From an uncultured Clostridia bacterium (GTDB lineage: Bacteria > Bacillota > Clostridia > Christensenellales > CAG-138), in assembly GCA_944336625.1 (NCBI GenBank), contig CALVLF010000113.1, positions 1-63,472 on the forward strand: a stretch of DNA of 63,472 nt. The letters run 5' to 3'. Positions 55,861 through 63,472 of the stretch are shown one piece after another. The notes below the pieces were generated by a model. It searched no databases. It worked only from the letters and a program-made list of their open reading frames with translations, and was not told where the DNA came from. Position numbers and translations under genes: made by a program. Within the stretch, counting starts at the first letter, position 1. Each line of letters starts with the position of its first letter.

Positions 55861-56253
55861 TTAAAACCGATAAACCTTGGGCGGCTCCGTAAAGGAGGAG
55901 ATGGTGGCGGTTACATCCTTTAAATAGAATACCTCCGTGTTCCCATCTCCCGGCTGATACATGTTTCCCAGGGAGGGATAAGCCTCCAGCATATGGCGCT
56001 GGGCCTCGATGCGCGGGTCCTCTATGGCCAGGGCCTGTACTCGGAGCCACCTGCCCTCGTGCATGCCGCACAGCTCGATCTTGGGATTTGCGTGCATCTG
56101 CCGGGAAACGTCCTTGGATTTGCCCGTCTGAATATACAGCTTGCCCTCGAATAGGTCGATGGTGCCAAAGGGGCGCACCCGGGGCTGATCCCCATCAACC
56201 GTAGCGAGATAATAGGTTTCGCAGGCCTTCAAAAACGCATAGACTTCTTCCAT
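55861..56253 (-). CDS. PNPOx-like FMN-binding protein
   Basis: YYLATVDGDQPRVRPFG split-barrel signature. Start trimmed to MEEVYAF after SD aaaggag. Confidence 0.75.
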   Translation of the reverse strand: MEEVYAFLKACETYYLATVDGDQPRVRPFGTIDLFEGKLYIQTGKSKDVSRQMHANPKIELCGMHEGRWLRVQALAIEDPRIEAQRHMLEAYPSLGNMYQPGDGNTEVFYLKDVTATISSFTEPPKVYRF

Positions 56254-56362
56254 AATCAAAATGACTCCTTTCAAAATATTTTACCGCCGGCCCATGTGGC
56301 GGGAAAGCGCCGCCAGACCGGCAAAGGAAAGCCTCACATGAAAAATTCGGCCGGCCGGCTGG

Positions 56363-58123
56363 CTAAAACAAGCCCGTAACCCGTCCAGTTTTGGTATCCA
56401 CGTCGATCCGGCGGTAGGCGGGGTCCGAGCCGGTGCCCGGCATCATGCTGATAGAGCCGGCCATGGGGCAGAGAAATTCCGCGCCGCCATATTCCAGAAT
56501 ATCCCGGATGGGCAGGCGCCAGCCCTTGGGGACGCCCTTCCAGGCGGGCTCGTGGGACAGGCTCAGGTGGGTTTTAACCATCATGGTGCAATAGGCGGCA
56601 TACTTGGGATCGGCTTCGAAGCGCTGGGCCTTTTCCAGGGCAAGGGGGGCCCAATCCACCCCTTCCGCCCCGTAAACCTCCCGGGCGATCCGCTCTACCC
56701 GCTGCCTGAGGGGCATATCCAGGGGATAGAGGTAATGGAACTCCCCGGGCTCCTGGCAGGCTTCCACCACCGCCTGGGCCAGCTCCAGGGCGCCTTCGCC
56801 CCCATAGCGCCAATGTTCGGAAAGGGCGCAGGGGATGCCTCGCTGCGCGCATAGCCGGCGGAGCAGGTTGATCTCCGCCTCCGTATCCGTATGGAAGCGA
56901 TTGATGCAGATCACCGGCCGGATGCCGCTTTTACGGACGGTGGCCGCATGATGGAACAGGTTTTCGCAACCCTGCTCTAAAAGGGACAGATTTTCCTCTG
57001 CATATTCAGCGGGAAGGGGTTTTCCAGGAACCACCTGGGGCCCGCCCCCGTGCATCTTCAGCGCCCGGATGGTGGCTACGATCACGGAAACATGGGGCGT
57101 CAGGCCGGAAAGGCGGCATTTGACATTCCAGAATTTTTCAAAGCCGATATCCGCCGCAAAGCCGGATTCCGTAACGTGGTAATCGAAAAGCTTGAGCCCA
57201 AGCCGGTCGCCAATGACGGAGGATTGACCAATGGCGATATTGGCGAAAGGTCCCGCATGGACCAGGCAGGGTTGGTGCTCCACCGTATAGCACAGGGTGG
57301 GGTTTATGCAGTTGCGCATCCAGGCCGTCATGGCTCCGGCTACTTCCAGATCCTCCGTGGTAACGGGTTTTCCCTTTTTATCGTAGGCCAGGACGATGTT
57401 GCCAATGCGGCGGCGCAGATCCGCCAGATCCCGGGCTACAGAAAGGATGGCCATGAGCTCGCTGCTTACGGCGATGGCTGCGCTGGAGTCCATCTCAAAG
57501 CCGTTCATCTTTCCTTCCCCTAGGCCGATGCGGATCTTCCGCAGGCACTGGGCGCAAAAATCGATAACCCAGCCGAATTCCACCCGGCTAGGGTCGATAT
57601 CCAGCCGCCGCAGGCCTCGCTTGGCTAGGGCTGCATCGTCATAGTTGCGCTCGTGCTGCATCCGGGCGTTCAGGGCTACCATGGCCAGGTTATGGGCATT
57701 CATGATGTCGTTGATATCGCCGGTGAGACCCAGGGAAAATTCCGTCATGGGGATGAGCAGGGCGTTGCCGCCTCCGGCGGCGCTTCCCTTTACGTTCATG
57801 GTGGGCCCGCCGGAGGGCTGGCGCAGGCAGCCCCCTACGTTTTTCCCCAGCTTACCCAGCCCTTCGATCAGCCCTAGGGAGGTGGTGGATTTTCCCTCCC
57901 CAAGAGGGGTGGGGGTGATGGCGGTCACCTCGATATATTTGCCATCGGGCTTATCCTTTAGCCGCTCCATGATCCGGATAAAATCCAGCTTGGGCGTTTT
58001 CCCATAGGGAATGATCTCCTCTGGCAGCAGGCCCATCTTTTCCTGAAAGTAGGATACGGGCGGCAGCTTTTTTTCCGCTTCTTCCGCAATCTGCCAATCT
58101 TTATAAATGGTGGGATCCAGCAT
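56363..58123 (-). CDS. fhs: formate--tetrahydrofolate ligase
   Basis: [14 protein letters not shown]-loop and FTHFS family length and sequence. Confidence 0.92.
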   Translation of the reverse strand: MLDPTIYKDWQIAEEAEKKLPPVSYFQEKMGLLPEEIIPYGKTPKLDFIRIMERLKDKPDGKYIEVTAITPTPLGEGKSTTSLGLIEGLGKLGKNVGGCLRQPSGGPTMNVKGSAAGGGNALLIPMTEFSLGLTGDINDIMNAHNLAMVALNARMQHERNYDDAALAKRGLRRLDIDPSRVEFGWVIDFCAQCLRKIRIGLGEGKMNGFEMDSSAAIAVSSELMAILSVARDLADLRRRIGNIVLAYDKKGKPVTTEDLEVAGAMTAWMRNCINPTLCYTVEHQPCLVHAGPFANIAIGQSSVIGDRLGLKLFDYHVTESGFAADIGFEKFWNVKCRLSGLTPHVSVIVATIRALKMHGGGPQVVPGKPLPAEYAEENLSLLEQGCENLFHHAATVRKSGIRPVICINRFHTDTEAEINLLRRLCAQRGIPCALSEHWRYGGEGALELAQAVVEACQEPGEFHYLYPLDMPLRQRVERIAREVYGAEGVDWAPLALEKAQRFEADPKYAAYCTMMVKTHLSLSHEPAWKGVPKGWRLPIRDILEYGGAEFLCPMAGSISMMPGTGSDPAYRRIDVDTKTGRVTGLF

Positions 58124-58243
58124 AAATGAATTCTCCTAAGTCTGTATTTTTGCGCGATCGGACATTATAATATGTTTATATTATCATACCAAGTTCCGGA
58201 TTGATTTGCACGAAGTTCTTTTAGAACAGCGGGGGGAGGCAGG

Positions 58244-59056
58244 ATGGATTTACAGGAAAAATATAATGGGCTTCTAAACGGGCTCAAGGGACTGGGTCGG
58301 CTGGCCGTAGCCTTCTCCGCCGGGGTGGATTCCACCTTTCTTCTGGCCTGTGCCCAAATGGCGCTGGGCGACCAGGTCGTTGCCATTACGGTGCGCTCCG
58401 ATTTTTTTCCCCAGGAGGAGCTGGCGGAAGCAGAGGCTTACTGCCGGGAAAGGGGAATCCAGCATAGCATACTGCCCTTTGACCCGCTGGCAGATCCGGC
58501 CCTCGCGAAAAATCCGCCGGAACGCTGTTACCTCTGTAAACGGATGCTGTTCCAGCAAATTCTGGCGGAAGGGGAAAAGCTGGGGTTTTATACCGTGGCG
58601 GACGGATCCAATCTGGATGACCTGCAGGATTATCGCCCGGGGCGCAGGGCATTGGAGGAGCTGGGCATTTTGAGCCCCCTGCGGGAAGCCGGGCTCACCA
58701 AGGCGGATATCCGGGCCCTGTCCAAATCCCTTTCCTTAAAGACTTGGGATAAGCCCGCCTTTGCCTGCCTGGCCAGCCGCTTTCCCTATGGGGAGCCCAT
58801 CACCCGGGAAAGGCTGGCGCAGGTTGTGGCGGCGGAGGAATTTCTCCGGGCTATGGGATTTGCCCAGTTGCGGGTCCGGGCCCATGGCAGCATAGCCCGC
58901 ATCGAAGTCCCGGCAGAGGATATTCCCCGGCTTGCTGCCCTGGAAGCGCGGCAGACGGTCATCAAGCGGCTACGGCAGCTGGGATTCCTTTACGTAACGC
59001 TGGACTTAGAAGGTTATAAGATGGGCAGCCTGAATCGGGAATTAGAAAGGAGCTGA
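58244..59056 (+). CDS. larE: PP-loop ATP-utilising sulfur transferase of the LarE family (TIGR00268-like)
   Basis: PP-loop AFSAGVDS, ERCYLCK, ACLASRF motifs. Confidence 0.75.
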   Translation: MDLQEKYNGLLNGLKGLGRLAVAFSAGVDSTFLLACAQMALGDQVVAITVRSDFFPQEELAEAEAYCRERGIQHSILPFDPLADPALAKNPPERCYLCKRMLFQQILAEGEKLGFYTVADGSNLDDLQDYRPGRRALEELGILSPLREAGLTKADIRALSKSLSLKTWDKPAFACLASRFPYGEPITRERLAQVVAAEEFLRAMGFAQLRVRAHGSIARIEVPAEDIPRLAALEARQTVIKRLRQLGFLYVTLDLEGYKMGSLNRELERS

Positions 59057-59059
59057 CGG

Positions 59060-59590
59060 ATGGATTCGGAAAAACTATGGGAACGGGCTGTGGCATTTCA
59101 CGGCCATGTCTGCGGTGGGCTCATGATCGGCTATAAGGCGGCCCTGTATGCTATGGAGCTGCTGGAGCTTTCCTTTTCGGAGGATGAGCAAAGCGTTTGC
59201 ATTGCGGAAAATGATGCCTGCGGCATAGATGCTATACAGGCGATTCTGGGATGCAGCATCGGCAAGGGAAATCTTCTGTTCCATATGCGGGGGAAGCAGG
59301 CCTTTTCCTTTTATAACAGGAAAAGCGGGAAATCCGTTCGCCTGGTGCTGAAGCCCCGGCCAGCAGGCATGAAGCGGGGGGAGGCCCTGGATTACTACCG
59401 GCAGCAGGCGCCTTCAGACCTTTTCTTCTTGCGGCAAGCAACCCTCCCGCTGCCGGAGCCGGCGCGCAATTTCCGCTCCTTTCCCTGCGATGGCTGCGAC
59501 GAGGAAACCAGCGAAAATATGCTCCGTTTGGAAGAGGGGCGGCGCCTTTGCCTGGATTGCTGCAGGCATTACAACCGCTTTCAGGTTTAA
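59060..59590 (+). CDS. FmdE-family protein with C-terminal zinc ribbon
   Basis: FHGHVCGGLMIGYKA FmdE signature and CDGCDE...CLDCC. Confidence 0.8.
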   Translation: MDSEKLWERAVAFHGHVCGGLMIGYKAALYAMELLELSFSEDEQSVCIAENDACGIDAIQAILGCSIGKGNLLFHMRGKQAFSFYNRKSGKSVRLVLKPRPAGMKRGEALDYYRQQAPSDLFFLRQATLPLPEPARNFRSFPCDGCDEETSENMLRLEEGRRLCLDCCRHYNRFQV

Positions 59591-59687
59591 AGCTGCATCT
59601 GTTCCAAGACAACAGCATATTTGCCGGGATGGCGTCTGGCCATTCCGGCTGGGTTTTAAGGATAGTATTTTATACACTATAAGTATT

Positions 59688-59964
59688 ACCCTTAACGGAC
59701 AAGGGGATACACGGTTTTGGCGGTCTGGGCCGCCAGATAGCATCGTTGTGGCCCCTTGCAATAGGATCCTCTATGGCTGCGGGGCCACGCCTTGCTCTCT
59801 AGCGGCCCAGCCCGCCAAAACTCTTCGACCTTAGCAGGCCTGCTTTGTGCCCAGTTCGCGGCGCAGGAGCGATGGACTAGCACAGCGCTAATTCGAGCGA
59901 CTGCAACAAAGAAATGGGCCAAAGCAGGCCTGCTAAGGCGTGTATACCCTTGTTCGTTAAGGGT
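59688..59964 (+). mobile_element. 277-bp MITE-like / structured non-coding element with 25-nt terminal inverted repeats
   Basis: TIRs are 23/25 complementary. Long internal pairings: 59714-59733 with 59802-59821 (19/20) and 59829-59847 with 59920-59938 (19/19). Second copy at 1-125. Confidence 0.7.
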
Positions 59965-59965
59965 G

Positions 59966-59997
59966 GCAGGAGACAGACGAAGGAGTCTCCTGCTTTT
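59966..59997 (+). terminator. Rho-independent terminator, probably the original larE-fmdE terminator displaced by the insertion
   Basis: gcaggagac / gtctcctgc stem plus tttt. Confidence 0.7.
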
Positions 59998-60018
59998 CGT
60001 TATTAAAGCAGGCAGGGA

Positions 60019-60423
60019 CTATGCAGAGGGGGTGAGCCGGTCCAGACGGTCGAGGTCATCCAGAACGGTGAAGAAGGGCTTGTTAAAATAGAGCAAATAG
60101 GCAAGATAAAACAAAACGTCGGATGTAGCGGGAATGTCCAACAGCTCCCGGCCGACGAGCTCAGGCAAGCGGCCCTGCTTCCTGGCGGTTTCCCAGCAGA
60201 GATTGGCAAGGCGCTCTACGCTGCGGGAAACGGCAGAAGGGGATTTGTTCAGTTGGCAGGCGATCTGCGGATAGACGGATTTTGTAACCTTAATATTGCC
60301 TCTTGGAATATTCTGGGCAAAGTGAAGGGAAAGGATGGCATCTAAAGCTGCGGAAAGCGGGCGTATATCGGAGCGGGTGGTGCCGAGAATGGAACAGACG
60401 AGCCGTTCGGATTTCGTTAGCAT
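60019..60423 (-). CDS. standalone Spo0A C-terminal (DNA-binding) domain-like protein
   Basis: VTKSVYPQIACQLNKSPSAVSRSVERLANLCWE resembles the Spo0A_C ITK.LYP.IA....T.S.VERAIR motif. Start at MLTKSER after SD aaaggtgg. Confidence 0.65.
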   Translation of the reverse strand: MLTKSERLVCSILGTTRSDIRPLSAALDAILSLHFAQNIPRGNIKVTKSVYPQIACQLNKSPSAVSRSVERLANLCWETARKQGRLPELVGRELLDIPATSDVLFYLAYLLYFNKPFFTVLDDLDRLDRLTPSA

Positions 60424-60627
60424 ATGCAAGAGAACCACCTTTCTGTGTTGGAATGAGTTTATAATATGATAAAATTTGCACGAATTGGCGAGTGGCGACA
60501 CAAGACGACAGATGGACTTTATTATATTTCGTGCTTTTTATTAAGGCGGGAAATTTACAGGTTTATAAATCCCTGATGATCTATAGCAAACAGAGAAGAA
60601 CTACTGGCTAAAATGCGGATTTTTACT

Positions 60628-60655
60628 TGACATTAAAATGAGAATCATTATAATA
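60628..60655 (+). promoter_or_regulatory. promoter with an overlapping Fur/PerR-type box (autoregulation candidate)
   Basis: TTGACA (60628-60633), 16 nt, TATAAT (60650-60655). 60635-60653 matches the 19-bp Fur box GATAATGATAATCATTATC at 15/19. Confidence 0.6.
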
Positions 60656-60682
60656 AAATTAGAATTAATATAAACGACTGGG

Positions 60683-61069
60683 ATGCTTATGACAAAATAT
60701 GAAAAGCAGATTTATGAGATTGTCAATAAGCTGACGAGCCACCTAACGGCGGATCAGATTTTTTCGGAGCTAAAAAAGATATATCCCTCCGTTTCTCTAG
60801 CCACTGTATACAATAACCTGAACAAATTGTGCGATGTTGGCCTTATACGCCGGGTATCCATAGAAGGCTCGCCAGATAGATATGACAGGATCTCCAAGCA
60901 TGATCATCTGGTATGCCGCAGGTGCGGGAAACTTACGGATGTCTGCTTTGAAGATTTGACGAGCACATTGGAAAGGCAATTGGGAGGGGCATTTCTTGCC
61001 TATGATTTAAAGGTGTTTTATATCTGTCCCGCCTGCCGGAAGAAGGAGATGGAGCAAACGCAGATATGA
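60683..61069 (+). CDS. Fur-family repressor, PerR-like by context
   Basis: Winged HTH (ATVYNNLNKL), HDHLVCRRCG and CPACRK Zn site. Adjacent to rubrerythrin genes. Confidence 0.85.
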   Translation: MLMTKYEKQIYEIVNKLTSHLTADQIFSELKKIYPSVSLATVYNNLNKLCDVGLIRRVSIEGSPDRYDRISKHDHLVCRRCGKLTDVCFEDLTSTLERQLGGAFLAYDLKVFYICPACRKKEMEQTQI

Positions 61070-61075
61070 TCTGTT

Positions 61076-61103
61076 TGCTGCGGTTGGCGCTGCGCAGCAT
61101 TTT
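61076..61103 (+). terminator. hairpin/terminator between the Fur-family gene and the rubredoxin-like gene
   Basis: tgctgcg / cgcagca stem, 10-nt loop, tttt. Confidence 0.45.
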
Positions 61104-61172
61104 ACTTCTAACATTAATAAAAATGGATGCAGGAAAATAAAATCCCTTGTCCGTTCAGGGGGAGAAAGGAGA

Positions 61173-61844
61173 ATGAGAATGCGATATATCTGTTCCGTAT
61201 GCGGATATATCTATGATGAGGCAAGAGAGAAGCAGGCCTTTTCTGAACTCCCGGATTCATGGAAATGTCCCGTATGCAAGGCTGCCAAAGGGGCGTTCGC
61301 CCCGGAGGAAAAAGCGAACCCGCCAAAGGCTGCAGTGGCTCCGGCGCCGGCAGCCATTCCTGCTGCCCCAAAGGGTGAAGTATTGGAGCAACTTTCCATA
61401 GGCGCGTTGTCCGCGCTCTGCTCAAACCTAGCCCGCGGCTGCGAAAAGCAGTATAAGGAGGAAGAAGCGGCGCTGTTCCGTACCCTTGCGGACTATTTTG
61501 CAGCTGTGACACCCACCGCACCACAAAAGGACATAGATGGGCTGGCCGCGCTGCTTCAGAATGATTTGGAGCAGGGCTATCCTGCCGTAAAAGCGGCTGC
61601 TGACGCGACAGGGGACCGGGGTACGAAACGAATCTGTACCTGGGGAGAGAAGGTTACGAACATGCTGAATTCCCTGATAAGCCAATACCGACAGGAAGGG
61701 GAAGCCCTGCTGGCGGAGACGGAAGTTTGGGTTTGTACCGTATGCGGCTTTATCTATATTGGGGCCAATCCTCCCCAGCTCTGCCCGGTATGTAAGGTTC
61801 CTGCGTGGAAGTTTGATAAGATTGAAGGGAGGGAGCAGGCATGA
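61173..61844 (+). CDS. rubredoxin + ferritin-like (apparently ligand-less rubrerythrin-like) domain + C-terminal rubredoxin-like domain protein
   Basis: N-terminus [10 protein letters not shown]...[14 protein letters not shown]-terminus [30 protein letters not shown] at 61179 is an alternative start. Confidence 0.8.
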   Translation: MRMRYICSVCGYIYDEAREKQAFSELPDSWKCPVCKAAKGAFAPEEKANPPKAAVAPAPAAIPAAPKGEVLEQLSIGALSALCSNLARGCEKQYKEEEAALFRTLADYFAAVTPTAPQKDIDGLAALLQNDLEQGYPAVKAAADATGDRGTKRICTWGEKVTNMLNSLISQYRQEGEALLAETEVWVCTVCGFIYIGANPPQLCPVCKVPAWKFDKIEGREQA

Positions 61845-62920
61845 AAAAAGTTGCTGTGCGGAATTTGCGGCTTTGTACAAAGGACTGCCTCTGCCTCTAT
61901 GTCTGCCCAGTAGGCGCAACAGATACGGAAAACAGTATCATCGATGTAGAAAAATGCTTAGGTTGCGGCGTGTGCGCGGCTGCCTGCCCAAGCGCTGCCA
62001 TTTCCATGGTTCCTGTGCAATATCCACCCCAGCAGAAGAAAGCAGAAACGGTCTTGACAACTTCCCATGCATTGGCCAATAATAAAGCAAAACAGGAGAA
62101 GGCGGCGCTGCAGCTGGCCCAGGCGGCAAAAGAGGATGGCCTATACCGCCTGATGACAGCCGCGGCGAAATCCATCCGCCTGGTCAATGAAGATCTTTTG
62201 CGAGAATCCGGATATATGCTGCCCCAGAGCGCTAATGCGCATAACCTTTTGGAGCGGTTGATCGCAAATCCCCCTACGGAAAATTTCCCCATAGATGCGG
62301 CAAAAAAGCTATTAAAGCAGATTCCCTGTAATGAAACAATGGAACCCCAAAAAGAAAATATAAACAGAAAGGAAGAAAAGAAAATGAGCAAATACGCTGG
62401 AACGCAGACGGAAAAGAACCTGGAGACCGCTTTCGCCGGAGAATCGCAGGCGCGCAATAAGTATACCTATTTCGCCTCTGTAGCCAAGAAGGAAGGCTAT
62501 GAGCAGATCGCGGCCCTGTTCCTGAAGACGGCGGAAAACGAAAAGGAACATGCAAAGATGTGGTTCAAGGAGATGAACGGCATCGGTAACACGGCCCAGA
62601 ACCTGCTCGCTGCCGCAGAGGGAGAGAATTACGAGTGGACCGATATGTATGATGGCTTTGCAAAGACGGCAGAGGAAGAGGGATTCCCGGAGCTGGCTGC
62701 GAAATTCCGCTTAGTTGCCGCCATTGAGAAGCATCATGAAGAGAGATACCGCGCACTGCTCCACAATGTAGAGATGGCTGAGGTGTTCGCAAAGAGCGAA
62801 GTGAAGGTATGGGAGTGCCGCAATTGTGGGCATATCGTCGTTGGAACTTCCGCGCCGGAAATCTGCCCGACCTGCGCCCATCCCCAGAGCTATTTCGAGA
62901 TCCACGCGGAAAACTATTAA
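61841..62920 (+). CDS. rbr: 4Fe-4S ferredoxin domain fused through a helical linker to a complete rubrerythrin (an internal SD+ATG at 62384 could also give standalone Rbr)
   Basis: [12 protein letters not shown] cluster motif. Rbr ligand motifs [26 protein letters not shown]-terminus [10 protein letters not shown]...CPTCAH. ATGA overlap with the upstream gene. Confidence 0.85.
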   Translation: MKKVAVRNLRLCTKDCLCLYVCPVGATDTENSIIDVEKCLGCGVCAAACPSAAISMVPVQYPPQQKKAETVLTTSHALANNKAKQEKAALQLAQAAKEDGLYRLMTAAAKSIRLVNEDLLRESGYMLPQSANAHNLLERLIANPPTENFPIDAAKKLLKQIPCNETMEPQKENINRKEEKKMSKYAGTQTEKNLETAFAGESQARNKYTYFASVAKKEGYEQIAALFLKTAENEKEHAKMWFKEMNGIGNTAQNLLAAAEGENYEWTDMYDGFAKTAEEEGFPELAAKFRLVAAIEKHHEERYRALLHNVEMAEVFAKSEVKVWECRNCGHIVVGTSAPEICPTCAHPQSYFEIHAENY

Positions 62921-62976
62921 TGTGGTATGCCGGCCGCTTGCCGGTTGAAGCCTGCTGTAAAAATCTATTATATTAT

Positions 62977-63017
62977 AAAAAAGGGGCTGCTGCCTTCAGG
63001 GCAATGGCCCCTTTTTT
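62977..63017 (+). terminator. Rho-independent terminator after the rubrerythrin gene
   Basis: aaaaggggc ... gcccctttttt with an inner tgcc/ggca stem. Confidence 0.8.
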
Positions 63018-63159
63018 GCGCACATATAAGGCCCGCCTTCTACAGTGCCAAGCAAAGGGCCAGCCGCCTGGGGAAGAACCTGCCAGGCTCTGCCCTGGCA
63101 GTAATGGGGCAAGGCAGCAGGGTAGGGAGGAGGCAGCGGGAAAACTGGCGGAGGGTAAA

Positions 63160-63275
63160 AAGAAAGCCTGAAGATATGATATCTTCAGGCTTTGGGTCCG
63201 GTCACCAAAATAGATGCAGGGTACTTTTCCTAAATCTTTAAGGACTGTCCCGCTAACATAATTCATATTTAAATT
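63160..63275 (-). ncRNA. candidate small RNA of about 115 nt (orphan promoter-terminator unit)
   Basis: Bounded by a consensus-like promoter (63282-63310) and a 13-14 bp hairpin plus T-run (63163-63193). No SD-preceded ORF inside. Confidence 0.3.
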
Positions 63276-63281
63276 ATTTAA

Positions 63282-63310
63282 ATTATAGCTAATATTACCT
63301 AAAGAATCAA
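63282..63310 (-). promoter_or_regulatory. near-consensus sigma-70 promoter on the minus strand
   Basis: Minus strand: TTGATT, 17 nt (ctttaggtaatattagc), TATAAT. Confidence 0.55.
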
Positions 63311-63343
63311 GGAATATCACACTCTTTTGGAGTGTTGTTCATC

Positions 63344-63397
63344 AAAAAAGAGGCCAGGTCTGGATACTGCATTTTTCAATATCCTGCCCTGGCCTCT
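63344..63397 (-). terminator. Rho-independent terminator of the partial minus-strand gene at the window end
   Basis: agaggccagg / cctggcctct 10-bp stem followed on the minus strand by tttttt. Confidence 0.7.
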
Positions 63398-63404
63398 CTA
63401 CCCG

Positions 63405-63472
63405 TTATACGCCGGGCAACGTGATTTCCGCTTCATATCCACCTTTCATCCGTATGTAGAGGGTATCCACAT
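63405..63472 (-). CDS. 3' end of an unidentified minus-strand CDS running off the window
   Basis: Open frame ...VDTLYIRMKGGYEAEITLPGV then TAA (63405-63407), followed by a terminator. Too short to identify. Confidence 0.3.
   Translation of the reverse strand, partial: VDTLYIRMKGGYEAEITLPGV

Noticed and set aside
1-59964. The 59.8-kb segment bounded by two direct copies of the repeat as a genomic island or composite transposon.
   Set aside because: The content is largely core metabolism (uvrC, hprK, glgP, fhs, nag genes). There is no integrase, transposase or conjugation gene. The repeats look like members of a dispersed family rather than island boundaries.
62927-63320. ORFs 62927-63241 (+) and 62973-63320 (-) as protein-coding genes.
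   Set aside because: They have low-complexity, non-protein-like translations and run through two terminator hairpins. Neither has an SD. The region is better explained by terminators plus the candidate sRNA unit.

Overview
GC-rich Firmicutes/Clostridia-type chromosomal segment, probably a spore-forming gut anaerobe of Oscillospiraceae/Ruminococcaceae style. That guess rests on Gram-positive lipoboxes, an LPXTG protein, HprK, and YtxC- and Spo0A_C-like genes. All calls come from reading the ORF translations and DNA by eye; no searches were run.

Content, left to right:
- A partial dispersed repeat, two unknown proteins, and a decayed two-component system (sensor-less LytS-type kinase; response regulator with an in-frame TAG).
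- BMP-family (nucleoside-type) ABC transporter number 1.
- A complete sialic-acid (Neu5Ac) utilisation locus using the AGE-epimerase route, with an MsmK-type ATPase at its 3' end.
- A metal-homeostasis cluster: Cd/Zn-type P1B ATPase with a separate HMA protein, CopA carrying an extra C-terminal CopZ-like domain, CsoR, and ArsR/SmtB plus AraC regulators.
- A LysR, Fe-S aldo/keto reductase and flavodoxin module, then DUF1002 and PNPOx proteins.
- BMP ABC transporter number 2, coupled to thymidine kinase and a deoxyribosyltransferase-like gene.
- A DUF5685 plus J-domain pair, an LPXTG surface protein and an M20 amidohydrolase.
- Core genes: ytxC-like, marR, glgP, uvrC, HAD, hprK, glucokinase, GNAT, YjeF_N, PNPOx and fhs.
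- LarE plus FmdE, a standalone Spo0A_C-like protein, and a Fur/PerR-type regulator followed by unusual rubredoxin/rubrerythrin fusion genes.

No rRNA, convincing tRNA, CRISPR array, transposase, integrase or recognisable defence system was seen.

The most unusual signals are non-coding or architectural:
- A family of about 200-280 bp hairpin-rich, MITE-like intergenic elements with four members in the window. One is flanked by a duplicated terminator and one sits at the window edge.
- Two ORFs that look like recent gene fusions and still carry an internal SD+ATG (CopA::CopZ and ferredoxin::rubrerythrin).
- A rubredoxin / degenerate-rubrerythrin / rubredoxin protein.
- An orphan consensus promoter plus terminator unit, a candidate sRNA.
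- An amber-interrupted response regulator.

None of these is proven. Each needs the database or wet-lab check listed with it.
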